From Terriglobales bacterium (GTDB taxonomy: Bacteria > Acidobacteriota > Terriglobia > Terriglobales > Acidobacteriaceae), in contig JBBIPV010000011.1 of assembly GCA_037442635.1 (NCBI GenBank), positions 11,636 to 75,635 of the forward strand: a DNA stretch of 64,000 bases, read 5' to 3'. This document shows positions 8,574-17,591 of this stretch, piece by piece. A model generated the notes under the pieces. It saw only the letters and a list, made by a program, of their open reading frames with translations. It did not search any database and was not told where the DNA came from. The position numbers and the translations under genes were made by a program. The stretch's first letter is position 1; each line of letters opens with the position of its first letter.

Positions 8574-10463
8574 ATGCTGCGACGCAAGACCATCATCGTG
8601 CTGGTCATCACTCTGATGGTGACCGTGCTGGTCTCGGCGTTTTCTTACCTGTACATTTCGCAAATCCTGCGGCTGCGGGTGGGCAACACCTATGAAACGG
8701 CGAAGAACCTGACGCTCCAGCTGGAGTACGCCGTCATCAATGCCATCCCTGACTTCAGCAGCACGCCGCTTGATACCAATAATCCCGCCGCCGTGCGCCG
8801 AGCCATCGCCGACTACCTGCAAACCGACGTGGACCTGAACAACCTGATGCAAACCTACACGGGCGACTGGCGATTTATTTACGACGTCGCCATTGTGGAC
8901 ATCAATGGCAAAGCCATCCTGCACACCAATGCGCAGATGGTGCGCAAGGTGGTTCCGCAGCGTCCGGATTTTGAGCAGGTAGTCGGCGCCCGCTTCCCGC
9001 AGGGCTTGGGGATGGTCCTAAGCCCTCCGACGGTGTACGACGTGAGCCGTCCGCTTCGCTTGAACGGTCAGCCTTTCGGCACGATTCGCATTGGCGTCGA
9101 GATCACGTTCCTCAAGAAGGAGATCGAGCCGAAGCTGATCACGGCGCTTTACTCTTCCGCCGTATCCGTGTTTCTCTCGCTGCTATTGGCGGCGGGAATC
9201 TCCAACCTGGCTCTGGGCCCGCTGAAGGAAATCAGCCGGAACCTGGACAGCGTGAGTGCCGGCGATACCGACACTTTCTCGGCCGACGATTCCAAGCATG
9301 ATGAGTACGGGTTAGTGAGTCTGAAGATCGCCAACCTGGGGCGGCAAATCCGCGACAGCAAGGAAATTTTCAGCGCGTTGAAAGACAACGTGGATCAACT
9401 CATGTCGAAGCTGCAGGATGGCCTGATGCTGTTCACGCGCGACTCCCGTGTGGTCCTGACCAGCGCCCCGGTCGAGGCCTTCCTGGGCAAGCCTCGGGCC
9501 CAACTACTCGGACACACGGCGGATGAGATCTTCGACCGGCATTCCTACCTGGGAGCTGCGCTGCTGGACAGCTTTGAGCGGCGGCGGCCGTTGTCCGAAC
9601 GCGAGTTCGAAGCGGCCGAAGGCAAGCGCGTGCAGGTTTCGCTCGACTTCGTGCAGGAGAAGAACTCTCAGATCGGCGCGCTGCTGATCATGCGCGACGC
9701 CGAATCGGTGCGACGCATCGGAGATGAGATCGAAATGTCGCGCCGCCTTTCGGCCAGCGGACGCCTGACCCGTGGCGTGGCGCATGAAGTGAAGAACCCG
9801 ATCAACGCCATCGTGCTGCATCTGCAACTTCTCCGCAACAAGCTGGCCAACCAGGAACCGGACACGCAGCGTCACATGGACATCATTGACAGCGAAATCC
9901 GGCGCCTGGACCGAGTAGTGCAGACGCTGGTGGATTTCACCCGGCCCCGCGACCTCCGGCTGGAAGAGACCGACCTGCGGCGACTGCTGGAAGATGTGGC
10001 GCAACTGGCCGCTCCCGATGCCGAGCAGCACGGCGTCAGCATTCGGCGCCAGATGCCGGAGCGGCGCCTGCCCATCAAAGTGGACATTGACCTGATGAAG
10101 CAGGCTATTCTCAATGTCGTCATCAACGGCGTCCAGGCCATGCCCGGTGGAGGACAGCTGACGATTTCTGCCCGGCGCGAAGATAACGCCATGATCGCCG
10201 AGGTTTGCGATCAAGGGGGCGGGATTCCTCAGGACGCGCACGACAAGATCTTCGAGCTATATTTCACGACCAAGAAAGAAGGCAGCGGGATCGGCCTGGC
10301 ACAGACTTATCAGATTCTGCAATGGCACTATGGGTCCGTGGATTTTGAATCGTCGGAAGGCAAGGGAACGACCTTTCGCTTTCACATTCCGGCGGCTGCA
10401 TCGCCGGCAGACTCAGGGCGGGGACAGCCGGCTGGTTCCGAATCGGCACAACGCCCGAATTGA
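8574..10463 (+). CDS. membrane sensor histidine kinase (TM, HAMP-like, PAS-like, HisKA, HATPase_c)
   Basis: N-terminal TM segment, H-box GVAHEVKNPINAI, and G-boxes DQGGGI / GSGIGL. It starts 55 nt after its regulator. Confidence 0.85.
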   Translation: MLRRKTIIVLVITLMVTVLVSAFSYLYISQILRLRVGNTYETAKNLTLQLEYAVINAIPDFSSTPLDTNNPAAVRRAIADYLQTDVDLNNLMQTYTGDWRFIYDVAIVDINGKAILHTNAQMVRKVVPQRPDFEQVVGARFPQGLGMVLSPPTVYDVSRPLRLNGQPFGTIRIGVEITFLKKEIEPKLITALYSSAVSVFLSLLLAAGISNLALGPLKEISRNLDSVSAGDTDTFSADDSKHDEYGLVSLKIANLGRQIRDSKEIFSALKDNVDQLMSKLQDGLMLFTRDSRVVLTSAPVEAFLGKPRAQLLGHTADEIFDRHSYLGAALLDSFERRRPLSEREFEAAEGKRVQVSLDFVQEKNSQIGALLIMRDAESVRRIGDEIEMSRRLSASGRLTRGVAHEVKNPINAIVLHLQLLRNKLANQEPDTQRHMDIIDSEIRRLDRVVQTLVDFTRPRDLRLEETDLRRLLEDVAQLAAPDAEQHGVSIRRQMPERRLPIKVDIDLMKQAILNVVINGVQAMPGGGQLTISARREDNAMIAEVCDQGGGIPQDAHDKIFELYFTTKKEGSGIGLAQTYQILQWHYGSVDFESSEGKGTTFRFHIPAAASPADSGRGQPAGSESAQRPN

Positions 10464-10575
10464 AACCGCGCGGCCATCCGCCCACGGAAAATCGGATTCG
10501 TGGCTCGCGGCATCCAGCGCAGGAAAGGCGTAAAATCAGGTTATCTTGGCCCGTTACCGTTCGGGCATCATACCT

Positions 10576-11247
10576 ATGCTTCTGGCCCTGATCCTGTTTT
10601 CCAGTATGTTCCCGGCAGCACCGGCAATGACGCTGGCCGGTGGAGGGCGCGCCTTTGTGCCGCAGGCTACCGCGGCGAGTCAACCGCAGGATGCGTCATC
10701 GGCCCCATCGCAATCATCGTCGCCCAAAAAGACTGTCCCGCCGTCCAATCCACCGGCGACCGGCACAGCGCAAGCGCCCGCCGGGCAGACTAAGCCGCCG
10801 GTTAAGCACGTCCGCAAGAAAAAACTCGTGAAATCCGACTGCCCTCCCGGCGGAGTACCCGCTGCGTCCGGTTCGACGCCGGCAGATGCACCGGCCAGCG
10901 GAACTACCCACACGGCGAGCGCCGAGACCAACTGCCCGCCGCCGAAGAAGATCGTGCGTCAGGGAGGAACTTCCGACCCGAACATTCAGCTTGCGGGCGG
11001 CTCTGGCGGAACGCAAGCGTCTCAGCAGCGGGCCACCGCCAACCAGATGCTGGACGCGACAGAAGAGAACCTCAAGAAGATTGCCGGACGGCAGTTGACC
11101 CCGAGTCAGCAGGATGTGCTCGCCCAGATTCACCAGTTCGTGGATCAGTCCAAGGCCGCCTCGGCCAGCGGCGACATGGAACGCGCCCGCACCCTGGCGT
11201 GGAAGGCTCAGACGCTTTCCGAGGAGTTGGCGAAGCCGGGTAAGTAG
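10576..11247 (+). CDS. secreted Pro/Ala-rich hypothetical protein
   Basis: The ORF track starts at TTG 10546; the ATG at 10576 gives the signal-like N-terminus MLLALILFSSMFPAAPA. The middle is low-complexity and the C-terminus is helical. Confidence 0.5.
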   Translation: MLLALILFSSMFPAAPAMTLAGGGRAFVPQATAASQPQDASSAPSQSSSPKKTVPPSNPPATGTAQAPAGQTKPPVKHVRKKKLVKSDCPPGGVPAASGSTPADAPASGTTHTASAETNCPPPKKIVRQGGTSDPNIQLAGGSGGTQASQQRATANQMLDATEENLKKIAGRQLTPSQQDVLAQIHQFVDQSKAASASGDMERARTLAWKAQTLSEELAKPGK

Positions 11248-11315
11248 GGGAGCAAGGTCTCAGGGCTTCGAAGTTCTACAGATTCGGGTTGGAACTTTGA
11301 AACTTTGCTCCGTCT

Positions 11316-12464
11316 TCACTTTCCTTTGGCCCGGGCGCTGTTGACTTTGGTGAGCAGGTCTTGTGACATGGCCTGCAGCGGACCGGGAATTTTCACCGCC
11401 TCGGTCAGCACCTCACGCGCCTCAGTCAGTTTGTTGGCTTTGCCGTAAGCGAAGCCCAGGCCATACAATGCGCGCGCGTATTGCTGATCGTCCTCACCTT
11501 TGAGGAGCGTGGCGGCAGCCTTGAGATCGGGAATCGCCGCGGCAGTTTTCTCCTGCTTCAGATAAGCCCAACCCATGGCGTTATGGGCCACCCCGCCCGC
11601 GACTTTGCGCGACTTGTCGGCGTCGGGCGCGTCCGGCTTGGCCACCTCAATGGCCTTCTGCGAGTAGCTCATCGCCTTGGCGGCGCTGCCCGGCTTGGAG
11701 TCGTCGCTGTAGAAATTAGCCAGCAGCAGCAGCGCCGGCAGGGAGTTGGGATTCGCGGCCAGCGCCTTCTCGCCGAACGCCACCAGCCGCGTGGGATCGT
11801 TCAACTGGCCGGGGCCGAGCGTATAGAGCGCGTAGGAAGAAACCTGGTCCTGAAATTTCGAGTCGGGAAACGTCGCACTGAATTTCTCGATTTCGGACAT
11901 GCGGCTCTTCGGATCGTTTTCCGTGGCGATCACGTTGAAGGCGGTGCTTTCGAGAAAATCGCAGCTGCTCTGGACTGCCGCTTTTTCGTCCGCCACTCGG
12001 CGCGTGAAGTCTTCAGCGCTCATCCCTTCAGGCTTGGGCTGTTTGGCGATTGAGTTGCACACTTCGCCGCCTTTGACCGCATAGTCTATGAGCTTGGCGT
12101 TGTTCTTGGCCTGCTGCGCAATGTTGGCCTGCGACACCAGAATGTCCAGATTGTGGGGAGATCCCGCCAGCGCCTTGTCGCCATAGTCGAGCGCTTTTTG
12201 CAGGTCGCCGTTGGTCTGATAGGACTGCGAGATTTGCCAGTTCCCGTAGGCCACCGCCGCCGGATTCGAGGAGAACTTCTGCACAAACGCCTCGTAGAGG
12301 GAGAGCTTCTTCTGCGGGTCCTGCTCGTTGGAGATGGTCTGCAGTTCGTGATCTTCATCTGTGCCGGCGGCAATTGTGATGTGATCCACCTGGGCGCTTA
12401 CGCGATACGCCGAAAAGGCGAGACTGAACAGAACCAACATCAGCCAACCGATGATGCGTTTCAC
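11316..12464 (-). CDS. TPR-repeat secreted protein
   Basis: Signal peptide MKRIIGWLMLVLFSLAFSAYRVSAQ, with repeated A..Y..LG..Y TPR-like periodicity. Confidence 0.7.
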   Translation of the reverse strand: MKRIIGWLMLVLFSLAFSAYRVSAQVDHITIAAGTDEDHELQTISNEQDPQKKLSLYEAFVQKFSSNPAAVAYGNWQISQSYQTNGDLQKALDYGDKALAGSPHNLDILVSQANIAQQAKNNAKLIDYAVKGGEVCNSIAKQPKPEGMSAEDFTRRVADEKAAVQSSCDFLESTAFNVIATENDPKSRMSEIEKFSATFPDSKFQDQVSSYALYTLGPGQLNDPTRLVAFGEKALAANPNSLPALLLLANFYSDDSKPGSAAKAMSYSQKAIEVAKPDAPDADKSRKVAGGVAHNAMGWAYLKQEKTAAAIPDLKAAATLLKGEDDQQYARALYGLGFAYGKANKLTEAREVLTEAVKIPGPLQAMSQDLLTKVNSARAKGK

Positions 12465-12584
12465 GGTCCACCTCCGTGGCAGTCGAGATCATGTAAGCAA
12501 AAAAAGCTGTTCCACTTCGAGCAGCAGGCGAATCCTAGCGCCGAATGCAGCTTCACGCAAGGGCGGTGATCACAGCGGACAAAA

Positions 12585-12673
12585 GCAATGAGCAGTGAGC
12601 AATGAGCACCCCCGCTTGGCTCTCAACAAACTCATGACTCATTGCTCATCGCTCGTTGCTCATTGCTCCCTGC
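12585..12673. repeat. heptanucleotide tandem-repeat palindrome (unit GCARTGA / TCAYYGC)
   Basis: Left arm: gcaatga gcagtga gcaatga (12585-12605). Right arm: tcatgac tcattgc tcatcgc tcgttgc tcattgc tccctgc (12632-12673). Confidence 0.85.
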
Positions 12674-12696
12674 TCGGAATCAGCTAAAGTAGAAAG

Positions 12697-13947
12697 ATGC
12701 GCGCCATTCTCGGCCGGCGTCCGCTTCGCTTTGTGTTTGCCGCCAACGTGATCTCCATGTTGGGCAGCGGGATGAACTCGGCCGCCGTGGCCTGGTACAT
12801 CCTGGAAGCCACGCACTCGGAAATGGCGCTGGGCACCTTTGCCGTCCTGCAGACGATCCCGGCCATGCTCATGCTTCCCTTCACCGGCGTGATTATTGAC
12901 CGCGAGGATCGCCGGCGGCTGGTGATGTGGCTCGACGCCCTGCGCGCCGTCATTATCGTTGCCGTGGCCATCCTGGCATTCCAGCACCGGGTACGCATCT
13001 GGCAGCTCTATCTAATGAACACGCTGGTGGCGGCCGGCTTCTGGATGTTCTGGCCGACCATTACTGCGCTCATTCAGGAACTCACGCCCGAGGGCGAATT
13101 CGTCCACTCGAACACTTTCCTGATGGCCGGGGTGCAGGGCGGATGGCTCATGGCCGGAGCCGTGGTGGGCTTCGTCTACAGCCGCATCGGTCTGGGCGGC
13201 GTGCTCATGCTGGATGTCTCCACCTACGTGGTCTCGTTTCTGTGCTACTTCGCGGTGCGCAAGGGGCGGCACGTGGTGCTGCAGCCGGAAGAAATCCGCG
13301 CTGACATTCTCGCGGCGGAGACCCAGTTCGCAAGGTTCTGGCGCGAGATGGGCGATGGCCTGCGCTTTCTGCGCGATCACCGGGCAGTGGTCTTGCTCGG
13401 CATCAGTTGGGCGCTATTTCTGGGCGCCATGGTCACCGGAGTGGTCGTGACGCCGTCGCTCAGCGATCGCGTGTTTCACGCGGGCGCGGTGGGCTACGGC
13501 TGGCTCAATGCGGGTTGGGGTACTGGAGCCTTCCTCAGCGCTTTATATGCGCCGCAGGCGATTGCGCGCCTCGGCGGGCGACGCGCGGTCGCGTTCTCGA
13601 TGGCCGGGCTGGCGGTGTGCATGGCGTTCGCCCCGATTTCGCGCTTCCTCTTCTTGGCGATTTTGACCTATTTTCTGATGGGCTCGGCGCGCGGCCTGGG
13701 CGGCGTGGCCATGAATACCAGCCTCATGGAGGTGGTCCCCAAGCACCTGATGGGACGGGTGCAGAACACGTTTTATTTCTTCGGAACGTTTCTGCAACTG
13801 ACACTGGCGATTGTGGTGGGTTTAGTCGCGCACAAGGTCAGCCTGATGGCTGCCTTCGCCATACTGGCGTGCGTGTATGGAATGTCGTTCGTGGCGGCCA
13901 GCTGGCCAGTCCAAACCACGATTCGCGTCGCCTCGCCAGCCGAATGA
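12697..13947 (+). CDS. MFS transporter (EntS/MFS_3-like)
   Basis: 416 aa with about 12 hydrophobic segments. The N-terminus (FRFVFAANVISMLGSGMN ... GVIIDREDRRRL) is typical of this MFS subfamily. Confidence 0.8.
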   Translation: MRAILGRRPLRFVFAANVISMLGSGMNSAAVAWYILEATHSEMALGTFAVLQTIPAMLMLPFTGVIIDREDRRRLVMWLDALRAVIIVAVAILAFQHRVRIWQLYLMNTLVAAGFWMFWPTITALIQELTPEGEFVHSNTFLMAGVQGGWLMAGAVVGFVYSRIGLGGVLMLDVSTYVVSFLCYFAVRKGRHVVLQPEEIRADILAAETQFARFWREMGDGLRFLRDHRAVVLLGISWALFLGAMVTGVVVTPSLSDRVFHAGAVGYGWLNAGWGTGAFLSALYAPQAIARLGGRRAVAFSMAGLAVCMAFAPISRFLFLAILTYFLMGSARGLGGVAMNTSLMEVVPKHLMGRVQNTFYFFGTFLQLTLAIVVGLVAHKVSLMAAFAILACVYGMSFVAASWPVQTTIRVASPAE

Positions 13948-14023
13948 CCGCCGAATGATCGAAGATTATTGGAACCGGTCAAGAGTCTCTCGCGTACCCA
14001 TGTTCAAGTCGGGTGGGGGTACC

Positions 14024-14851
14024 ATGACGCGACGCGCGAAATTCGCCGGCGGAGTCCTGTGTCTGCTGGCGTGCCTGCCGGCATGTCGGCCTGTCATCCT
14101 GCACTTTGCGTCGAAAAAGTTCCTGAATACCGGCCCCAACGGCCCCCAGACTCCAGCCACGGTCGGCCTCGCGTTTGAACGGCTGAAGATTCCCAGCGGA
14201 CGCCGCACTCTGGACGCCTACCTGGTGCGTGCCTCCTCCTCTTGCCAGACCCAGGTTGCCGTGCTCATCTTTCATGGCATCATGGAGACGATTTCCGAAT
14301 GGGTCCCGGCGCAGAAGTTCCTCTACGACCACTGCGTCTCGTCGCTCGTGTTCGATTATTCCGGCCACGGCGACAGCTCGCACCCGGGGACGGTCGGGAA
14401 TCTCAATGCGGACGCCCTGCACGCCTATGCCAGCTTCGCCTCGCAATTCCCCGGGCAGCGCCTGTGCGTTCTCGGTCATTCCATGGGCAACGGCCCGTTG
14501 CTGGAGTCCCTGCCGGGCTTTCAACCGCGTCCTTCCTGCGTAGTGGTCGCGAACGCCTTCTCCTCGCTCCGCGACGCAGGCCGCAAACACGGAAGCTCCG
14601 GCTTCTTGCTCTATGCCATTCCGGACGAATGGAACAACGTCAAGAACGTGAAACGCGCGTCCGTGCCTGTGCTGGTGGTCTACAGCGACGCCGACAAAGT
14701 CAACCCTTCCGACATGGGCCGGCGCATCTTCGAAGCCGCGCCGGAACCCAAGCAGGTCGCAGCCCTGCATGGTTTTCCCCACAACGCGCTCTACCAGAAA
14801 CCGTCCGAAGAATGGTGGGATCCGGTGCTTCGCTTCCTCCAACCGCAATGA
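14024..14851 (+). CDS. alpha/beta hydrolase, probable lipoprotein
   Basis: GHSMGNG nucleophile elbow. The ATG at 14024 gives MTRRAKFAGGVLCLLACLPAC (signal plus lipobox). The longer ORF from 13877 overlaps the MFS gene. Confidence 0.7.
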   Translation: MTRRAKFAGGVLCLLACLPACRPVILHFASKKFLNTGPNGPQTPATVGLAFERLKIPSGRRTLDAYLVRASSSCQTQVAVLIFHGIMETISEWVPAQKFLYDHCVSSLVFDYSGHGDSSHPGTVGNLNADALHAYASFASQFPGQRLCVLGHSMGNGPLLESLPGFQPRPSCVVVANAFSSLRDAGRKHGSSGFLLYAIPDEWNNVKNVKRASVPVLVVYSDADKVNPSDMGRRIFEAAPEPKQVAALHGFPHNALYQKPSEEWWDPVLRFLQPQ

Positions 14852-14900
14852 GCAATGCATCCAACAAATTCAGCGTGAGAACCAATTCGGAGAAAAAAAC

Positions 14901-15890
14901 ATGGGTCGCGGTTTAGCCGCCATTCGCTGCTCGCTTGTACTCTTCCTGATGACTCTTCTTCCCACCCTGCAGGCTCAGACGGGCCCCCTCGATCAGGCCC
15001 GCGCTCTGGTTGCCGCACGAACGTCTGCCGACCAGGCGAAGGCGCTACTGCAACAGGCCATGGTCGCAGATCCCAGGAATGCCGAGGCTCATTTTCTGCT
15101 GGGCCAGGTTTTCTACGCGTTCAACGATTTTGCGAAGGCCTCCGACGAAGCCCAGAAAGCCGTAACCCTCGATGAAAGCAAGTCGGACTATCATCTGCTG
15201 CTGGGAAATGCACTGAGTGGGCAGCTCGATTCCGCTGGGATGTTTAAAAAGATGTCGCTAGCCCGCCAGATGAAAGCGGAGTTCGAGCGAGCTGTCGCCG
15301 AGAGTCCGAAAGACATTCCAGCGCGCGCCGCGCTGGCTGAGTTTTATGCGCAGGCCCCGGGCATTGTCGGCGGCAGTAACGACAAAGCCCTCGACCAGGC
15401 CAGGCAGATCGGCGCCCTCAACGCGATAGAGGGCCACTATGCCATGGCCGTAGTCTACTTTGACCAGAAAAAGCTGGCCGAAGCCGAGAAGGAATACAGG
15501 GCAGCGATTGCCGCCGATCCGAAGCGGGCCAAATCCTACGTGCAGCTCGCGTTTGTTCTCATTCAGGAAAAGAAAGATTCCGAGGCGCCAGCGCTTTTCA
15601 AGCATGCGGTGGAAGTGGATGCCAATTACTTGCCTGGATATTTCGGCGTCGCGCGGTCCGATCTGCTCAGCGGGCAGAATCTCGATGAAGCCGAGCGCTT
15701 CTTCAAGAAATATCTAAGCCGCTGGCCCGAGGAGGGCGATCCCACCTGGGCCAATGCCCATTGGCGGCTGGGGCAGGTTTATGAGAAGCAGGGAAAGAAA
15801 GACATGGCCATTGCTGAGTGGCAGGAAGCCCTGAAGCTGGCTCCAAACTTCAAGCCCGCGCAAGAGTCGCTGAAAGCCGCTGGGAAATAG
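14901..15890 (+). CDS. TPR-repeat secreted protein
   Basis: The ATG at 14901 follows ggag and gives the signal peptide MGRGLAAIRCSLVLFLMTLLPTLQAQ. TPR-like repeats run throughout. Confidence 0.7.
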   Translation: MGRGLAAIRCSLVLFLMTLLPTLQAQTGPLDQARALVAARTSADQAKALLQQAMVADPRNAEAHFLLGQVFYAFNDFAKASDEAQKAVTLDESKSDYHLLLGNALSGQLDSAGMFKKMSLARQMKAEFERAVAESPKDIPARAALAEFYAQAPGIVGGSNDKALDQARQIGALNAIEGHYAMAVVYFDQKKLAEAEKEYRAAIAADPKRAKSYVQLAFVLIQEKKDSEAPALFKHAVEVDANYLPGYFGVARSDLLSGQNLDEAERFFKKYLSRWPEEGDPTWANAHWRLGQVYEKQGKKDMAIAEWQEALKLAPNFKPAQESLKAAGK

Positions 15891-15967
15891 ATCGGGACCG
15901 TTGCTGCACCCGACATAGCGGGTCGCGGCCCTCGACTGATATCCTTTCTCCTTCCCAAGGAGCCGCC

Positions 15968-16738
15968 ATGTCCTCAGACCTGCAGGGCCGTAACGCTGTC
16001 GTCTTCGGAGTCGCCAACAAGCGCTCGATCGCGTGGTCCATCGCCCAGGGACTGCACGCCGCCGGCATGAAGCTCGCCATCACGTACCAGAACGAGCGCA
16101 TGGAACTGGAAGCGAAGGACCTGATTCTGTCGCTGCCCGGCGCCGAGGCCTACATGTGCGACGTCTCGAAAGACGAAGACATTGACCGCCTCTTCGCGAC
16201 GTTGAAGGAGCGTTACGGGAAGCTGCACGCGCTGGTGCATTCTGTCGCCTACGCGCCCGCGGAAGAGCTGAAGGGAGATTTCGTCAACACCACGCGCGAA
16301 GGCTTTCGCGTCGCTCACGATGTGAGCGTGTATTCGCTGATCGCGGTCTCGCGCGCCGCGGCTCCGCTCATGGAAGACGGCGGCTCGATCATCACCATGA
16401 CGTATTACGGTGCCGAGAAGGTCGTACCCCACTATAACGTCATGGCGGTGGCGAAGGCGGCGCTGGAGTGCACCGTGCGCTATCTCGCTCACGATCTGGG
16501 CAAGAAGAAGATTCGCGTCAACGCGATTTCCGCCGGTCCGATCAAAACCCTTGCCGCACGCGGCATCTCGGGCCTGGGAGACATGCTGAAATCCCACGCC
16601 GAGCGCGCCCCGCTGGGACGAAATGTGGAGGTCGCGGAGGTTGGCTCCACTGGAGTATTTCTCGCTTCCGAAGCAAGCAGCGGAATTACTGGCGAAGTGA
16701 TCTACGTGGACTGCGGGTACAACATCATGGGGTTTTAG
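15968..16738 (+). CDS. fabI: enoyl-[acyl-carrier-protein] reductase (NADH) FabI
   Basis: GVANKRSIAWSIAQGL dinucleotide-binding motif, and SDR-like Y/K catalytic region (YNVMAVAKAALE). An AAGGAG SD lies 7 nt upstream of the ATG at 15968. Confidence 0.9.
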   Translation: MSSDLQGRNAVVFGVANKRSIAWSIAQGLHAAGMKLAITYQNERMELEAKDLILSLPGAEAYMCDVSKDEDIDRLFATLKERYGKLHALVHSVAYAPAEELKGDFVNTTREGFRVAHDVSVYSLIAVSRAAAPLMEDGGSIITMTYYGAEKVVPHYNVMAVAKAALECTVRYLAHDLGKKKIRVNAISAGPIKTLAARGISGLGDMLKSHAERAPLGRNVEVAEVGSTGVFLASEASSGITGEVIYVDCGYNIMGF

Positions 16739-16742
16739 GAAC

Positions 16743-16777
16743 AGTTCTCAGTTCTCAGTTGTGAGTTTTCAGTTTGC
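16743..16777. repeat. heptanucleotide tandem repeat (5 units, AGTTNTC)
   Basis: agttctc agttctc agttgtg agttttc agtttgc, starting 5 nt after the fabI stop. Confidence 0.85.
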
Positions 16778-16782
16778 GGGTG

Positions 16783-16820
16783 CCCCACTTCTCCCCGGTT
16801 TTGGGAGAAGTGGGGGTTTT
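16783..16820 (+). terminator. intrinsic terminator of fabI
   Basis: 13-bp stem ccccacttctccc / gggagaagtgggg with a 7-nt loop, followed by gTTTT. Confidence 0.7.
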
Positions 16821-16838
16821 GACTTACCGCTTTAATAT

Positions 16839-16869
16839 GAGCGGCATCCGCCCCTCCCGCCGCTCTTTT
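16839..16869 (+). terminator. second terminator-like hairpin
   Basis: gagcggc ... gccgctc forms a 7-bp stem with a 13-nt loop, followed by TTTT. Confidence 0.3.
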
Positions 16870-16974
16870 CCACAGCTTTTTTTCTTCCCTGTGACGGATG
16901 AACTTTACTGAGAATTTCACTCTGCCTAATCTGGCAGCGTAGGGCCCGGATGTGGCGCGGCGCCAGTCCTAGGA

Positions 16975-17320
16975 AACTCGCCGCCCCCGCAACCTCCCCA
17001 TGCGAGCGAGGGACAGAGGGACATCCGATGCAGGGCGCAGCAGACAGTCAACTCGAATGGCTCGAGATCTGGCGCCCGTTGTGGGAGTGATCACTCCTAA
17101 CGTTTGAAGCGGCAAGTGAAGTAAGAAGCCAACCGGGAGTAAGAGGAGAGACGAACCAGAAGCTGGGAGCAAGGATAAGTGGTCAAGGACAGAAAGAGGG
17201 AGACAACGATAAGCTAGCCGCGAAGCGGCGAAAGAATAAAGCCCACGGCGCAAGCCGTGGGTAAGCGGACGAGCAGATGGGAACAGCCCCGAAGGGGCGA
17301 AAGAAGCCTGCTTATCAGAC
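16975..17320 (+). ncRNA. candidate structured, purine-rich non-coding RNA of unknown class
   Basis: No ORF on the + strand, with stops in all frames. Nested hairpin at 17033-17077 and hairpin at 17084-17097. The closing stem gataagc (17208-14) / gcttatc (17310-16) encloses three hairpins: 17217-29, 17242-61 (8 bp, GCAA GNRA loop) and 17286-98. The hairpins are separated by A-rich linkers. Confidence 0.3.
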
Positions 17321-17499
17321 CGCAACTACCGCGAGAACCTCATCGCCTGCCCAAACGCCGGCGTTGCAATCGTGCGTCTGCCATGGAATGATGAATCCCA
17401 TGCGGAACCAGCGCCTCGTCTTCGCCTTCTTCGCTGCCGCCATCCTGTTCTCGATGGTGCGCGAATGGACCGCGCCCGCCCGCTGCGCCCGAATCGCAA

Positions 17500-17552
17500 T
17501 AGACCGCACAGCCCCCTTCAGACACGGTCAATGAGCGTAATCGCGATGTTAC
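17500..17552 (+). repeat. copy 1 of a 43-nt exact (53-nt near-exact) repeated element
   Basis: tagaccgcacagcccccttcagacacggtcaatgagcgtaatc is identical at 17500-17542 and 19813-19855. After 3 mismatches, the next 7 nt (atgttac) are also shared. Confidence 0.9.
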
Positions 17553-17591
17553 GCCAGTTAGCAGCCCGGCCATCGAGCAGAAGCACCGGCA

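Noticed and set aside
16977-17000. Cobalamin-riboswitch-like string GCCGCCCCCGCAAC.
   Set aside because: Only this short core-like string matches. The flanking GGUG/AAUCC and B12-box elements are missing, and no cobalamin-related gene lies downstream.
16975-17320. Calling this region the RNase P RNA gene (rnpB).
   Set aside because: Motifs resembling CR-II to CR-V occur in the right order. However, the universally conserved GAGGAAAGUCC core is absent, and I could not form P1 or P4 pairings by hand. It is kept only as an unclassified candidate RNA pending a covariance-model search.
16969-17325. 118-aa minus-strand ORF, and the 126-aa ORF at 17340-17720 taken as a whole.
   Set aside because: The translations are Leu/Arg/Ser/Pro-rich nonsense opposite the purine-rich tract, with no start context. 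Only the N-terminal third of the second ORF shows any protein-like (beta-helix) pattern, and that part is reported separately as a possible relic.
16985-17338. Direct repeat ccgcaac(c/t)(t/a)cc..gcgag flanking the candidate RNA, considered as a target-site duplication.
   Set aside because: Only about 14 matching positions with an indel. This is too weak to distinguish from chance in GC-rich sequence.
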